Positions 29,473 through 39,216 are shown, numbered from the stretch's first letter. The stretch is DNA of 64,000 bases from an uncultured Deferribacteraceae bacterium (GCA_947041165.1 CAMRCY010000003.1:24257-88256), one strand, 5' to 3'. Numbers and translations: made by a program. Notes: generated by a model from the letters alone, not told the origin.

Positions 29473-30867
29473 CTATTTCGATGATTGCTCTCTTTTACCT
29501 TTTACAACCGTCATAATCAGAGTAAATAGGAAAAAGAGCATTCCAACAATAAATACTGCACCAGCTACAGTTCTCATCTGCCAGTACGGATAGTTACCAA
29601 CTAAAGTTTCCATGAAAGTGTACATCAATGTTCCATCATCATTATATGATTTCCACATTGCACCTTGACGAATACCTGTTATCCACATAGTGATAGAGAA
29701 AACAACTTGACCAACTAACACTAACCAAAAATGTGTATTAGCAAGCTTTTCGCTGTAAATTGTTGTGTTGTATATTTTAGTTACGATGTAATACATTGAT
29801 GCAGTAGTAACTAGTACCACCCATCCCATCGTTCCCATATGAACATGTCCTGGAACCCAATCTGTAAAGTGTATAAGCGAACTGATCGCTCTTATACCCT
29901 GAGATGGACCTTGTAATGTTTGAAGACCGTAGAATGTTATACCTAATATAAAAAACTTAGTTAAGTATTGTGAATTCATTTTTGACCAATCAGGTTGAAC
30001 AGTCATATAACCGTTGACAACTGATCCCCATGATGGAGCAATTAACGCTATAGTGAAAACTATACTTAATGTTTGCAACCAATCTGGAACTGGACTGTAA
30101 ACTAAGTGGTGAGCTCCTGTCCATAAATACATGAACACTAATGACCAAAATGAAATTATTGATAATCTATGACTATAAATAGGCATATTTGTAGATTTTG
30201 GAAGAAAATAGTAGAACATAGCTAATATCGGTGTTGTAAATAAGAAACCAACAGCGTTATGTCCATACCACCACTGAACATTTGCAGAGTTTAATCCGCT
30301 AAATATGTGGTAAGATTTCGTTAAAGATACAACTACAGGTAAGTTGTTAACTATATACAAGATAGCAACGGCAACTACAGTAACTAATATATACCATAAT
30401 GATACATACATATGCTTCTCTTTACGAGTTGCAATTGTTCCTATAACATTTACTGCGAATAAAACCCAGATGATAACAACACCGATATCTATAGGCCACT
30501 CAAACTCAGCATATTCTAATGATTGAGTATAACCCATGAAAAGTGTTATAGTTCCTGCAAGTATTCCAATGTTAAAAATAATAAGATTTGCTATAGCAAG
30601 TTTAGGAAATATTAGCGATCTTTTAGTTAATTTAGTGATGATATAGTAAAATACACCCATCTCAGCACCAATACCTAATCCATAAGCTAGAACATTTGTA
30701 TGAACCGTTCTTAATCTTCCGAAAGTAAAAAACTCTCCAAAGTTAAAAGCTGGTGCCCACATCTGTACAGATATTAGAAGACCTAATAATAAACCTATTA
30801 CTCCCCAAAACAATGACGAATAAATGTAACCCATCACAATTTTTGAATCAATTGATATCTCTTTCAT
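29473..30867 (-). CDS. ccoN: cbb3-type cytochrome c oxidase catalytic subunit I CcoN
   Basis: 464 aa, 12 TM; haem-copper oxidase His ligands (HNAVGF, HHLVYSPV..., HFTDWVPGHVHMGT). Confidence 0.9.
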   Translation of the reverse strand: MKEISIDSKIVMGYIYSSLFWGVIGLLLGLLISVQMWAPAFNFGEFFTFGRLRTVHTNVLAYGLGIGAEMGVFYYIITKLTKRSLIFPKLAIANLIIFNIGILAGTITLFMGYTQSLEYAEFEWPIDIGVVIIWVLFAVNVIGTIATRKEKHMYVSLWYILVTVVAVAILYIVNNLPVVVSLTKSYHIFSGLNSANVQWWYGHNAVGFLFTTPILAMFYYFLPKSTNMPIYSHRLSIISFWSLVFMYLWTGAHHLVYSPVPDWLQTLSIVFTIALIAPSWGSVVNGYMTVQPDWSKMNSQYLTKFFILGITFYGLQTLQGPSQGIRAISSLIHFTDWVPGHVHMGTMGWVVLVTTASMYYIVTKIYNTTIYSEKLANTHFWLVLVGQVVFSITMWITGIRQGAMWKSYNDDGTLMYTFMETLVGNYPYWQMRTVAGAVFIVGMLFFLFTLIMTVVKGKREQSSK

Positions 30868-31351
30868 AGTAACATACCCCTCCCTCCTAACGTAAACATA
30901 TATATAAGTGTTCTAAAAAAAACCTTAACAAAATCACGACTACTGAGAATATGACATAAAACAAATACTAAAATAGTCTTATTCCTTTGTATTGTACACA
31001 TATTTATATAGACAAGTCAATGATATATTTAGATATAAATAATGTTCATATATCTACTAACCTATTTATTTCATTATTTACAATTAACGAATTATTAATT
31101 AATAGAACTAGGTTAATAATTATGTTTTTTGACTTATAATTTATAGCCAATTTGTTTTGTGTATAGATCCTAAAAGAGTACAGGTTTGTAGTTTAAAATT
31201 TATAATCAGGAATTTTAAACTCTATTTAATTAATCTTAAACATTAAACTCTAAATATCACACATTATGTCTAAACGAACTACTCTTTAATAATTTTCTAA
31301 CACAAATAAATTTCATATAATTTACTTAATAAAACTTATTACCAAACTTTA

Positions 31352-32116
31352 TTAACCCTCATTGATATACTCTAAAAACTTTTTATGTAGAGTACTATTT
31401 GCAACGATGATCGAGTTAGTTTTAAGGTGTTGATCGCTACCATTTATATCACTTATTAATCCACCTGCTTCTGTTGCGATAATCGCACCTGCTGATATAT
31501 CCCACGGCTTAACTGCTCCCTCATAATATAGATCTAATGATCCTTTTGCAACGTAACAGGTATCTAACGCTGACGATCCTGATCTACGAGCATCTTGAGA
31601 TTTGTTAAGCAACTTTTCAAACTTTTTAACAACGCCTGGGAGTGTGCTTTTATCGTATGGAAAACCTGTTGCAAATAATGAGTGCGATAGATCATCTTCT
31701 TTCGATACAGATATCGCCGTACCGTTACAAAATGCACCACAACCTTTTTGAGCGTAGAACATCTCTTTTAATATAGGATTATACACAACACCGATATCAC
31801 CTAATGAGTCGGTATATACTCCAATTGATACCGCTACAAACGGATATGAATGAACAAAATTTGTCGTGCCATCAATCGGATCTATATAGATAATATTAGG
31901 TGCTTGATTAGATGTATCGGTTGTAGACTCTTCACCCATTATTTGATAGCTTGGATATAGTTTGCGAATTCTATCCACAACAAAATCTTCAACCATAACA
32001 TCGTACTGTGTCACAAGATCTGACGCTCCTTTATACCTTACTTCCTTATTTTTATAAAACCCTTCAAGTATAATTTGTCCTGCTTCTTCTGCGATCTCCA
32101 TAACTTTTTTTAACAT
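31352..32116 (-). CDS. inositol monophosphatase family protein (SuhB/CysQ-like)
   Basis: 254 aa; IDPIDGTTNFVH and WDISAGAIIATEAGG motifs. Confidence 0.8.
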   Translation of the reverse strand: MLKKVMEIAEEAGQIILEGFYKNKEVRYKGASDLVTQYDVMVEDFVVDRIRKLYPSYQIMGEESTTDTSNQAPNIIYIDPIDGTTNFVHSYPFVAVSIGVYTDSLGDIGVVYNPILKEMFYAQKGCGAFCNGTAISVSKEDDLSHSLFATGFPYDKSTLPGVVKKFEKLLNKSQDARRSGSSALDTCYVAKGSLDLYYEGAVKPWDISAGAIIATEAGGLISDINGSDQHLKTNSIIVANSTLHKKFLEYINEG

Positions 32117-32384
32117 CTATAACCCCTTGTGTAAGTTTAATTTTATTCCTAATTTAGTTAGATTAACACATTAACAAATATCAATCAACTTACTTGACTT
32201 TAGAACAACAAATAGATAATAAATAACCACGAAATACAATTATATAATTACGATAAAAAACCACTCATTTATATTCACACAAAATACGTATTAATAACTA
32301 GTTATTTATCTTGCTATAGTATATAATAATGTAGGTTAAATGGTTTAACTTAGAATAAATAATCTCAAGGATATTTATAGTAAT

Positions 32385-33566
32385 ATGAATGATAATAACA
32401 ATATAGATTTAACAAAATTAGATTATGATATACCGATAGAAGAATGTTTCAATGCACTTATACCACATCCAAAATTTACAGGTTGTACATTTGATAACTA
32501 TAAAGAAGATATGAATTACCCGTCACAATTATATCTTAAAAACAAGTTAAAAGAGATACCTGTAAACAATAGTAAGAAGAAACCTTTTTCACTCAAAACA
32601 ATATTTGGTGGGAAAAAAGATATCACAGAAAACATCTATATCGATGGAACTTACGGTATCGGTAAAACTCATTTGCTCTCTGCCCTATTCCACTTTTTTG
32701 ATGATAGTAAAGCGTTCTTATCTTTTCTTGAACTAACTTATTTTATAAACTATTACGGACTAGAAAAAACTATTGAAGAGTTTAAAAAAGTTAAACTACT
32801 TCTGTTAGATGAGTTTGATTTAGACGATCCTGCAACAACACGAATGATGGCGAGATTTATATCTGAAGTTAATCCATACACAACAATTGTGACAACATCA
32901 AACAGACTTCCAAAAGAGCTTGGAGGAACAAATTTTGATACAGGAGCGTTCGCAAGAGAGCTTGGCATAATTGCAGATTCATTCACAACAATCGTTGTTG
33001 ATGGAGAATCATTTAGAATAAAATTAGGCAAATGGCAAGCAAGCTACTCTGATAACAATTTTCATGATGTGTATAAAAATTTTATGGCTGGTATTGGTTT
33101 AGATAAGGCTGATGCAAGTATGAACAATGTTAATGCTAGTAATAAAATTGATGCAAGTATGAACCATGTTAATGCGAGTAATAAAGTTGATGTAAGTGCG
33201 AACAATATTAATGCGAGTAATAAAGTTGATGCGAGTAGCAAAACAAATAACAGTATAAGTAAAATCAAATATGAAGAGTTAAATAAGATATTGCAAGCTA
33301 ACCATCCGTTTAAGTTTTTTGTAATACCTAACAATGTATCGGTGTTATTTATAGAAGAGTTTGAAGGGTTTACAAAGTTAACAGATGCGTTAAGGTTTTC
33401 AGTTTTTGTAGATCACTGTTACTACTATGATACAAAATTATTTTTCGATAAAGAGATGGATAGAAGCACCTTATTCCCTAAAGAAATTCTTGAAACAACG
33501 TTTGAAAGACAGTTCTTAAGATGCTTATCACGACTTGATGAAATGGCGATATTTTTTAAAGGATAA
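32385..33566 (+). CDS. AFG1/ZapE-like ATPase carrying an in-frame 12-aa tandem-repeat insertion
   Basis: 393 aa; Walker A DGTYGIGKTHLL, Walker B-like KLLLLDEFDLDD; (DASMNNVNASNK)x~4 insertion. Confidence 0.5.
   Translation: MNDNNNIDLTKLDYDIPIEECFNALIPHPKFTGCTFDNYKEDMNYPSQLYLKNKLKEIPVNNSKKKPFSLKTIFGGKKDITENIYIDGTYGIGKTHLLSALFHFFDDSKAFLSFLELTYFINYYGLEKTIEEFKKVKLLLLDEFDLDDPATTRMMARFISEVNPYTTIVTTSNRLPKELGGTNFDTGAFARELGIIADSFTTIVVDGESFRIKLGKWQASYSDNNFHDVYKNFMAGIGLDKADASMNNVNASNKIDASMNHVNASNKVDVSANNINASNKVDASSKTNNSISKIKYEELNKILQANHPFKFFVIPNNVSVLFIEEFEGFTKLTDALRFSVFVDHCYYYDTKLFFDKEMDRSTLFPKEILETTFERQFLRCLSRLDEMAIFFKG
33111..33245 (+). repeat. 36-bp in-frame coding tandem repeat x ~3.7 encoding (I/V)DASMN(N/H)VNASNK
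   Basis: gatgcaagtatgaacaatgttaatgctagtaataaaatt repeated with few substitutions, read directly. Confidence 0.9.
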
Positions 33567-33569
33567 TGT

Positions 33570-33790
33570 TAACTTAAGTTATCTTATATTAATTGATATT
33601 TAGTTAAGTTATCTTATATTGACTAATGTTTAAATAAGTTTAATTAAGTTATCTTAGTTTGATTAATGTTTAGTTTAGTTTAGTTTAGTTTAGTTTAGTT
33701 ACCTTATAATATTTATATTTAGTTAAGATAAGTTATCTCAGATTGATTATATTTAGACAAGTTATTTTAGAATTATTTATTGAGTAGAAT
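33570..33790. repeat. intergenic repeat cluster: reiterated 'taagttatcttat(a/g)tt' motifs and (tttag)x6 pentanucleotide run
   Basis: gtttagtttagtttagtttagtttagtt at ~33676-33705 plus 4-5 copies of taagttatct motif. Confidence 0.8.
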
Positions 33791-33925
33791 TAAACTTTTG
33801 TAGATAGATTTTTTGCAAACTTTTTCACTCATTGCAAAACTATATTTTATAAATTTTCAACAAGTTGTTTATAATAATTACACAGTAAAACCTAAAACTT
33901 TTAGATAGATTATTTTAAACTATTA

Positions 33926-34606
33926 TCAACCAAACCGAAAACCCTCTAAGGCTGTTTTTAGAAAGTTATTGAACGGGATCATCAACGTATATTTATCCAC
34001 AATTTCATCTACAAACAATTTAATATTATTAAGTTTCGCAACATCAATACCTGTTTCTATATACCAACATTTATACTTTAAATATTCACTAAAATCTTCA
34101 TCTTTAATATAACCCTTAGGGACATTTACAAGCTTTGCACCCTTTAGATTAAATAATGATAAAAAATTAGGATCATTAATTATATCTAAAAACTCTTCAT
34201 TATTAACAGTGATATAATCTCTAATTCTTTTAGTAGCTTCTTTATAGTAGTGATTGTAATATCCGCCTTCAATATAAATTCTATTAGCAGACAAGAAAAA
34301 ATAATATCCAACTGTTACATCTCTGCTATCATCGTGTGATATATACGATCTAAAGTTTGTATTGTACGGTGTTTTATCTTTGCTAAATCGTTGATTTCTA
34401 TTAATTCTAAATAACGTATCTTTTGCATTTACATCAATTATTGACGGATCAACAACTATCAATTTATCGATCATTAATTGAACTATATTTTGAAATTCAG
34501 CTTTAACTTCTAAATACCATTTCTTGTTCTGATGCATCCATGGAACATTATTATTGCGACTTAACTCATCTAAAAATTTTGTTATATTATTTTTCATTTT
34601 GCTCAT
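33926..34606 (-). CDS. DUF2461 (TIGR02453) family protein
   Basis: 226 aa; N-terminal FLDELSRNNNVPWMHQNKKWY and central FRINRNQRFSKDKTPYNT match the family pattern (F..L..NN...W....K..Y; R..RD.RFSKDK.PYK). Confidence 0.6.
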   Translation of the reverse strand: MSKMKNNITKFLDELSRNNNVPWMHQNKKWYLEVKAEFQNIVQLMIDKLIVVDPSIIDVNAKDTLFRINRNQRFSKDKTPYNTNFRSYISHDDSRDVTVGYYFFLSANRIYIEGGYYNHYYKEATKRIRDYITVNNEEFLDIINDPNFLSLFNLKGAKLVNVPKGYIKDEDFSEYLKYKCWYIETGIDVAKLNNIKLFVDEIVDKYTLMIPFNNFLKTALEGFRFG

Positions 34607-34617
34607 ATATAAATATT

Positions 34618-34945
34618 TTTATCAATCAAAATTGAGTAGCAATTATACTCCCTCCATCAATCAAAATTGAGTAGCAATTATTCTCCCACTATCAATCAAA
34701 ATTGAGTAGCAATTATACTCTACACATCAATCAAAATGGAGTAGCAATTATACTCCCTCCATCAATCAAAACGGAGTAGCAATTATTCTCCCACCATCAA
34801 TCAAAACGGAGTAACAATTATTCTCCCACTATCAATCAAAATTGAGTAACAATTATTCTCCCACTATCAATCAAAATTGAGTAACAATTACTCTCTACCC
34901 ATCAATCAAAATGGAGTAGCAATACGCCACTCCATTTATCAAATA
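34618..34945. repeat. 35-bp tandem repeat x ~9.5 (atcaatcaaaattgagtagcaattattctcccact and variants)
   Basis: Read directly; period 35 with variants (aaaacggag / aaaatggag; ctccctcc / ctcccact); intergenic. Confidence 0.9.
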
Positions 34946-34982
34946 TAAATTACAAATTTATTCTATTAATTATAATTATTTC

Positions 34983-36542
34983 TTACTTCTTCCAAAATCT
35001 CATAGTGCCATTCTCTTCTAACGAAGTATGCATAGCAAATGATTCTTTCAATATTTGAGGCTCATGAGCAGATTTAGTTTTAACAGTAGCTCTTTCTAAA
35101 TAGTCAAATAGATAATCTTTATACTCAGGGTGAGCACATTTAGTAATTATCTCTTTTGCTCTATCTTTAGGAGCCATGCCACGAACATCAGCTAAACCTT
35201 GCTCAGTAACTAAAACATCAAGATCGTGCTCAGTATGATCAACGTGAGGAACTTGCGTTACAACAGAAGATATACCGAACTCATCAGTTTTAGATGCTCT
35301 AAATGATGGTGCATGCATGATTGATAGATAAGCGTTTCTACAGAAATCACCCGATCCACCGATACCATTAATCATCTTAACTCCACCTGCAAGAGATGAA
35401 TTAACATGAGCATACATATCAAACTCAACAGGAGTGTTCATAGATATAACACCTAATCTTCTAACAACCTCAGGGTGATTAGAAACACTCATCTGTCTTA
35501 ATATAACTTTTTGTTTGTACTCATCATATTTGCTCCACCACTGCTCAAACGCTTCGTTTGATAATGATAGAGATGTAGCACTTATATATTCGCATTTTCC
35601 AGAATCCATAAATGGTAAAAATGCATCTTGTAAAACTTCTGTATAAACAGTTAATTTATCAAACGGAGATGATGTTAACCCCATTACGACAGCGTTAGCA
35701 ATAGATCCAACTCCTGATTGTAGTGGTAAAAGATTTTTAGGTAATCTACCAGCTTTAACTTCATGCTCTAAGAAATCAATAATATTTTGAGCAATAGCGT
35801 CTGACGCTGCATCAGATCCTCTAACAGCTCTACCGTTATCAGGTTTAGTTGATTCAATAATAGCGATGATCTTGCTCTTATCTGTTGGAACGTAAGTTGT
35901 TCCTATTCTATCTCTTGGAGTGATGATAGGTATCGGTTGTTTATGTGGTGGAATACCAGACATCCAAATATCATGCATACCTTCAAATGATGGTAGATGA
36001 GTATTAATCTCAACGATAATTTTTTCTGCTTTTTGTATAATTTCAGGTGATGCTCCAACTGATCCTGCAAGAATAATATTACCGTTCTCGTCAATAGCAG
36101 ATGCTTCAATTATAGCGTAATCGAGTTTCTCACCCTCACCTTTAGTGTAAAATCCATATTCTAAATCTTGGCTAAACATAGATAGGTGTTTATCACCCAT
36201 TTTAACTTGTCCAGAGTTGATCGCATTTTTCATCGATTTAGATGTTTGATACGGCCATCTTTTATCAATCATGCCTAGATCAGTCCATCTGTCCTCAACT
36301 TCAGCACCGATTGATGCTCCAGTGTAAAAATTAAATACCCATTTTCCTTGCAAGTTGTTTTTTTCAACATGATCTGCAAGATCAGCGGTTAACGTTTTAG
36401 GATACCCAACAGGAGTAAATCCTGATAGCCCCAAATTTAACCTTCTTTTTTCAGTTTCCGCAAACAAAGGAATTACTTTATCGGTCGTTGTTACTTTTGA
36501 TAAAAGACTCTTATCTCGTATCCTTTTCTCTAATTCTGACAT
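34983..36542 (-). CDS. acetyl-CoA hydrolase/transferase family protein (succinyl-CoA:acetate / 4-hydroxybutyrate CoA-transferase-like)
   Basis: 519 aa; two-domain CoA-transferase architecture, GGxGDF-type and C-terminal motifs typical of Ach1/Cat1/ScpC family. Confidence 0.8.
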   Translation of the reverse strand: MSELEKRIRDKSLLSKVTTTDKVIPLFAETEKRRLNLGLSGFTPVGYPKTLTADLADHVEKNNLQGKWVFNFYTGASIGAEVEDRWTDLGMIDKRWPYQTSKSMKNAINSGQVKMGDKHLSMFSQDLEYGFYTKGEGEKLDYAIIEASAIDENGNIILAGSVGASPEIIQKAEKIIVEINTHLPSFEGMHDIWMSGIPPHKQPIPIITPRDRIGTTYVPTDKSKIIAIIESTKPDNGRAVRGSDAASDAIAQNIIDFLEHEVKAGRLPKNLLPLQSGVGSIANAVVMGLTSSPFDKLTVYTEVLQDAFLPFMDSGKCEYISATSLSLSNEAFEQWWSKYDEYKQKVILRQMSVSNHPEVVRRLGVISMNTPVEFDMYAHVNSSLAGGVKMINGIGGSGDFCRNAYLSIMHAPSFRASKTDEFGISSVVTQVPHVDHTEHDLDVLVTEQGLADVRGMAPKDRAKEIITKCAHPEYKDYLFDYLERATVKTKSAHEPQILKESFAMHTSLEENGTMRFWKK

Positions 36543-36640
36543 ATATACTCCTCCCGTAAAACATAGATATATATTATTTTATAAACCATAAGACTATTTT
36601 TACCTTATTTTAGAAGTTTTGACAAGTCTTATCGTATAAA

Positions 36641-37687
36641 TTAATAATTTTCAGGTACGTAATCACAAAATGGTTCTTCTGCCAAATAATCTCCAGTAAT
36701 AGAATATGCTCTTGCTCTACAGCCTCCACACACGTTTAAATGCTTACAAACTCCGCATTTTCCACCGTATGATGAGAAGTTTCGCATATCATCAAATAGT
36801 TCTGATTTATCCCAAATATTTTTTAAAGTATCTTCAAAAACATTTCCAGCAGGAAGTGCAAAATATGAACATGGGAATATATCACCTTTAGATGAAACGA
36901 AGCAAATACTCTGTCCAGCGATACATCCTTTACCGCCACCAGTTGAGAAACTTAACGATCTACGTTTAACATCTAATCCATCTTCCTTACTTCTCTCTTT
37001 CCATATTCTATAGTAGTGAGGAGCACAAGTTGGACGAACTAAAAGTTCTTCTTCAGATCTTTCCATATCGTAATGCCAATTTAGGATAGTTTCGTAATCT
37101 TCTTTCGATACAAGTTCAGCCATTATATCCTCACCCCTACCAGTTGGTACGATTAAGAACATATACCAAGCATGAGCACCGATTGATTTCGCAAGTTTAT
37201 AACAATCTTTAATATAATCTTGATTACGTTTGGTGAACGATGAATTAACTATGAATTTTATATTATGTTTTTTGAAAAATTCTACTGCTCTTAATACTGC
37301 TTGAAATGAACCTTCAACGCCTCTAAAATTATCATGAACTTCGTCGTTAGGTCCGTCTATACTTATTGATACTATTTTAATTCCTGAATCTATCATCTTT
37401 TTACATACATCATCATCAACTAATAGCCCGTTTGTAGCCAGAGCCATACGAAGACCAAGTTTTGTGCCGTAAGATGCGATATCAAATATATCTCCTCTTA
37501 CAAGTGGTTCTCCGCCTGATAAAACTATTGTAGGATCTGCCATCTCTTTTATTTGATCTAAAAAGCTGTAGCATTTTTCTAACGTCCATACGCCAGTTTC
37601 AGAAAATTTATCAGATGATGACCTGCAATGAACACATGTAAGGTTACACGCTTGTGTTACTTCCCAAGCCAGCCATTTTAATTCCAT
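36641..37687 (-). CDS. radical SAM protein with C-terminal SPASM domain (PqqE/NirJ/AhbD-like)
   Basis: 348 aa; LAWEVTQACNLTCVHC (CxxxCxxC), GGEP SAM motif, C-terminal Cys cluster CFVSSKGDIFPCSYF...CGVCKHLNVCGGCRARAY. Confidence 0.8.
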   Translation of the reverse strand: MELKWLAWEVTQACNLTCVHCRSSSDKFSETGVWTLEKCYSFLDQIKEMADPTIVLSGGEPLVRGDIFDIASYGTKLGLRMALATNGLLVDDDVCKKMIDSGIKIVSISIDGPNDEVHDNFRGVEGSFQAVLRAVEFFKKHNIKFIVNSSFTKRNQDYIKDCYKLAKSIGAHAWYMFLIVPTGRGEDIMAELVSKEDYETILNWHYDMERSEEELLVRPTCAPHYYRIWKERSKEDGLDVKRRSLSFSTGGGKGCIAGQSICFVSSKGDIFPCSYFALPAGNVFEDTLKNIWDKSELFDDMRNFSSYGGKCGVCKHLNVCGGCRARAYSITGDYLAEEPFCDYVPENY

Positions 37688-37805
37688 ATCTTATTTACCT
37701 CTAAGATTAAATATTGCATAATTATAAATCATCTATTAAAGAGATTTACAACATCTACCCAATATTAATACAATTTTAGAAGTATGACAATAGAATTATA
37801 TAATA

Positions 37806-37880
37806 GGAGTTAAGAATATATCAATTCTATCTAATCAATTATATAAATAGAAGTTAAGAATATATAAATTCTATCTAATC
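37806..37880. repeat. two ~30-bp direct repeats (agttaagaatatat[c/a]aattctatctaatc) in rSAM promoter region
   Basis: Read directly; separated by aattatataaataga. Confidence 0.75.
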
Positions 37881-38647
37881 CATCTATTAATATCTTCATT
37901 GCTATCGTAGAAGAAAAATGCTTCGTCCACATTAAGTTGGTTTAATTTATAACTCTTAGGTAGAGGCAATTTGCCGAAAGATTTAAGTACACGCATAACC
38001 TCTCTATCTAGATTATGATAGCCACTACTTCTAATCATTTTTATATTAACTATCGACCCATCAGTTAAGATTGAAAACTGTACACCAACGACACCCTTCT
38101 CTCCTCTCATTACAGACTCTCTAGGGTATTTCCATATCTGGTAAATGCGTGTACGAAATTTGCCGAAATATGATGCATACTTATCTTCAAACTTATTATA
38201 AGAGGCTGTGTCTTCACCATCTCTATCAACACTTTTCTGCCTAGCCACTCTATTGGTGATCTCTTTAGTGTTAAGTATGTCTGGCTTATAAACAGTTGCA
38301 AGATCAGATTTTGGATTTACAATTTCATCGTTTTCACTTTCAACAGATTCAGGCAATAAACTGCCATCAGGCTCATCTATATTACTCTCTTTAGAAGATG
38401 TTATTTTATCGTGTTCAAATGTTGTATCTCTATCGTCATCAATAGGCGGAGGGATAACAGGAGGAGGTATATCTTGGGGCGTAGGTGATGGCGTAGGCTC
38501 AACCTTCTTCTCACTTATATACTCTATTTCAGTATACTCCTTCTCCTCTTCCACAACAGGCTTCTTAATTTTAATTAAAATAACCGCTAAGTGGATTAAT
38601 AATGAGAGTATAATTGATATTATTATAAACTTATTTCTTCTAAACAT
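37871..38647 (-). CDS. TonB family energy transducer
   Basis: 258 aa; N-terminal TM anchor, Pro-rich spacer (PTPSPTPQDIPPPVIPPPI), C-terminal TonB_C-like GEKGVVGVQFSILTDGSIVNIKMIRSSG. Confidence 0.7.
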   Translation of the reverse strand: MFRRNKFIIISIILSLLIHLAVILIKIKKPVVEEEKEYTEIEYISEKKVEPTPSPTPQDIPPPVIPPPIDDDRDTTFEHDKITSSKESNIDEPDGSLLPESVESENDEIVNPKSDLATVYKPDILNTKEITNRVARQKSVDRDGEDTASYNKFEDKYASYFGKFRTRIYQIWKYPRESVMRGEKGVVGVQFSILTDGSIVNIKMIRSSGYHNLDREVMRVLKSFGKLPLPKSYKLNQLNVDEAFFFYDSNEDINRWIR

Positions 38648-38723
38648 ATTGTTTGAATAGTAATACAGTATTGAAAGAATAACAATATCAAAGTTACTGC
38701 TTTATAATAATGATAAACGAAAC

Positions 38724-38753
38724 CTTGACACGAGTTGGCTCAAGTATTATAAT
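38724..38753 (+). promoter_or_regulatory. sigma-70 promoter of hsp20 (-35 TTGACA, 17-bp spacer, -10 TATAAT) overlapping an HspR-type HAIR-like inverted repeat CTTGACA-N7-GCTCAAG
   Basis: Sequence ccttgacacgagttggctcaagtattataat ~20-45 nt upstream of hsp20 ATG; HAIR consensus CTTGAGT-N7-ACTCAAG; hspR encoded 1.8 kb downstream. Confidence 0.5.
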
Positions 38754-38772
38754 ATAAGGGAAAGCATATTAA

Positions 38773-39216
38773 ATGCAGTGGAGAGGCTTAATGTCATTAA
38801 TCAGATGGAACCCAGTCAACGATATTTTAACTATTCAAGAGAAGGTTAATAAGTTATTTGAAGAAGATAATCAGACAACCTCAAACGCATTTACTCCTTT
38901 AGTAGATATTATTGAAACTCATAACGATATAAAGTTAATTATAGAAGTTCCTGGTATAAAGGAGAAGGATATTGACATTCAGATTACCGATGGATCAGTT
39001 GTTGTTAAAGGTGAGAGAGTTTTTGATGAGGATGCAAATAAAGAAAATTACTGTAAATTAGAGAGACAGTACGGTTCTTTCAATCTATCATTTGCTGTTC
39101 CACCAAACATAAGTTCGCCTGCAGTGTCTGCTACTCTTAAAGATGGTTTGTTAAGAATTACCTTAAGAAAAAAAGTTGAACCAAGCTCTAAATCTATAAT
39201 AATAAATAGAGAGTAA
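38773..39216 (+). CDS. Hsp20/alpha-crystallin family small heat-shock protein
   Basis: 147 aa; alpha-crystallin domain (PLVDIIETHNDIKLIIEVPGIKEKDIDIQI...FAVPPNI). Confidence 0.85.
   Translation: MQWRGLMSLIRWNPVNDILTIQEKVNKLFEEDNQTTSNAFTPLVDIIETHNDIKLIIEVPGIKEKDIDIQITDGSVVVKGERVFDEDANKENYCKLERQYGSFNLSFAVPPNISSPAVSATLKDGLLRITLRKKVEPSSKSIIINRE

Noticed and set aside
30868-31351. FNR/Anr box (TTGAT-N4-ATCAA) upstream of ccoN
   Set aside because: No match to the palindrome found in the 480-bp AT-rich leader; only half-sites present.
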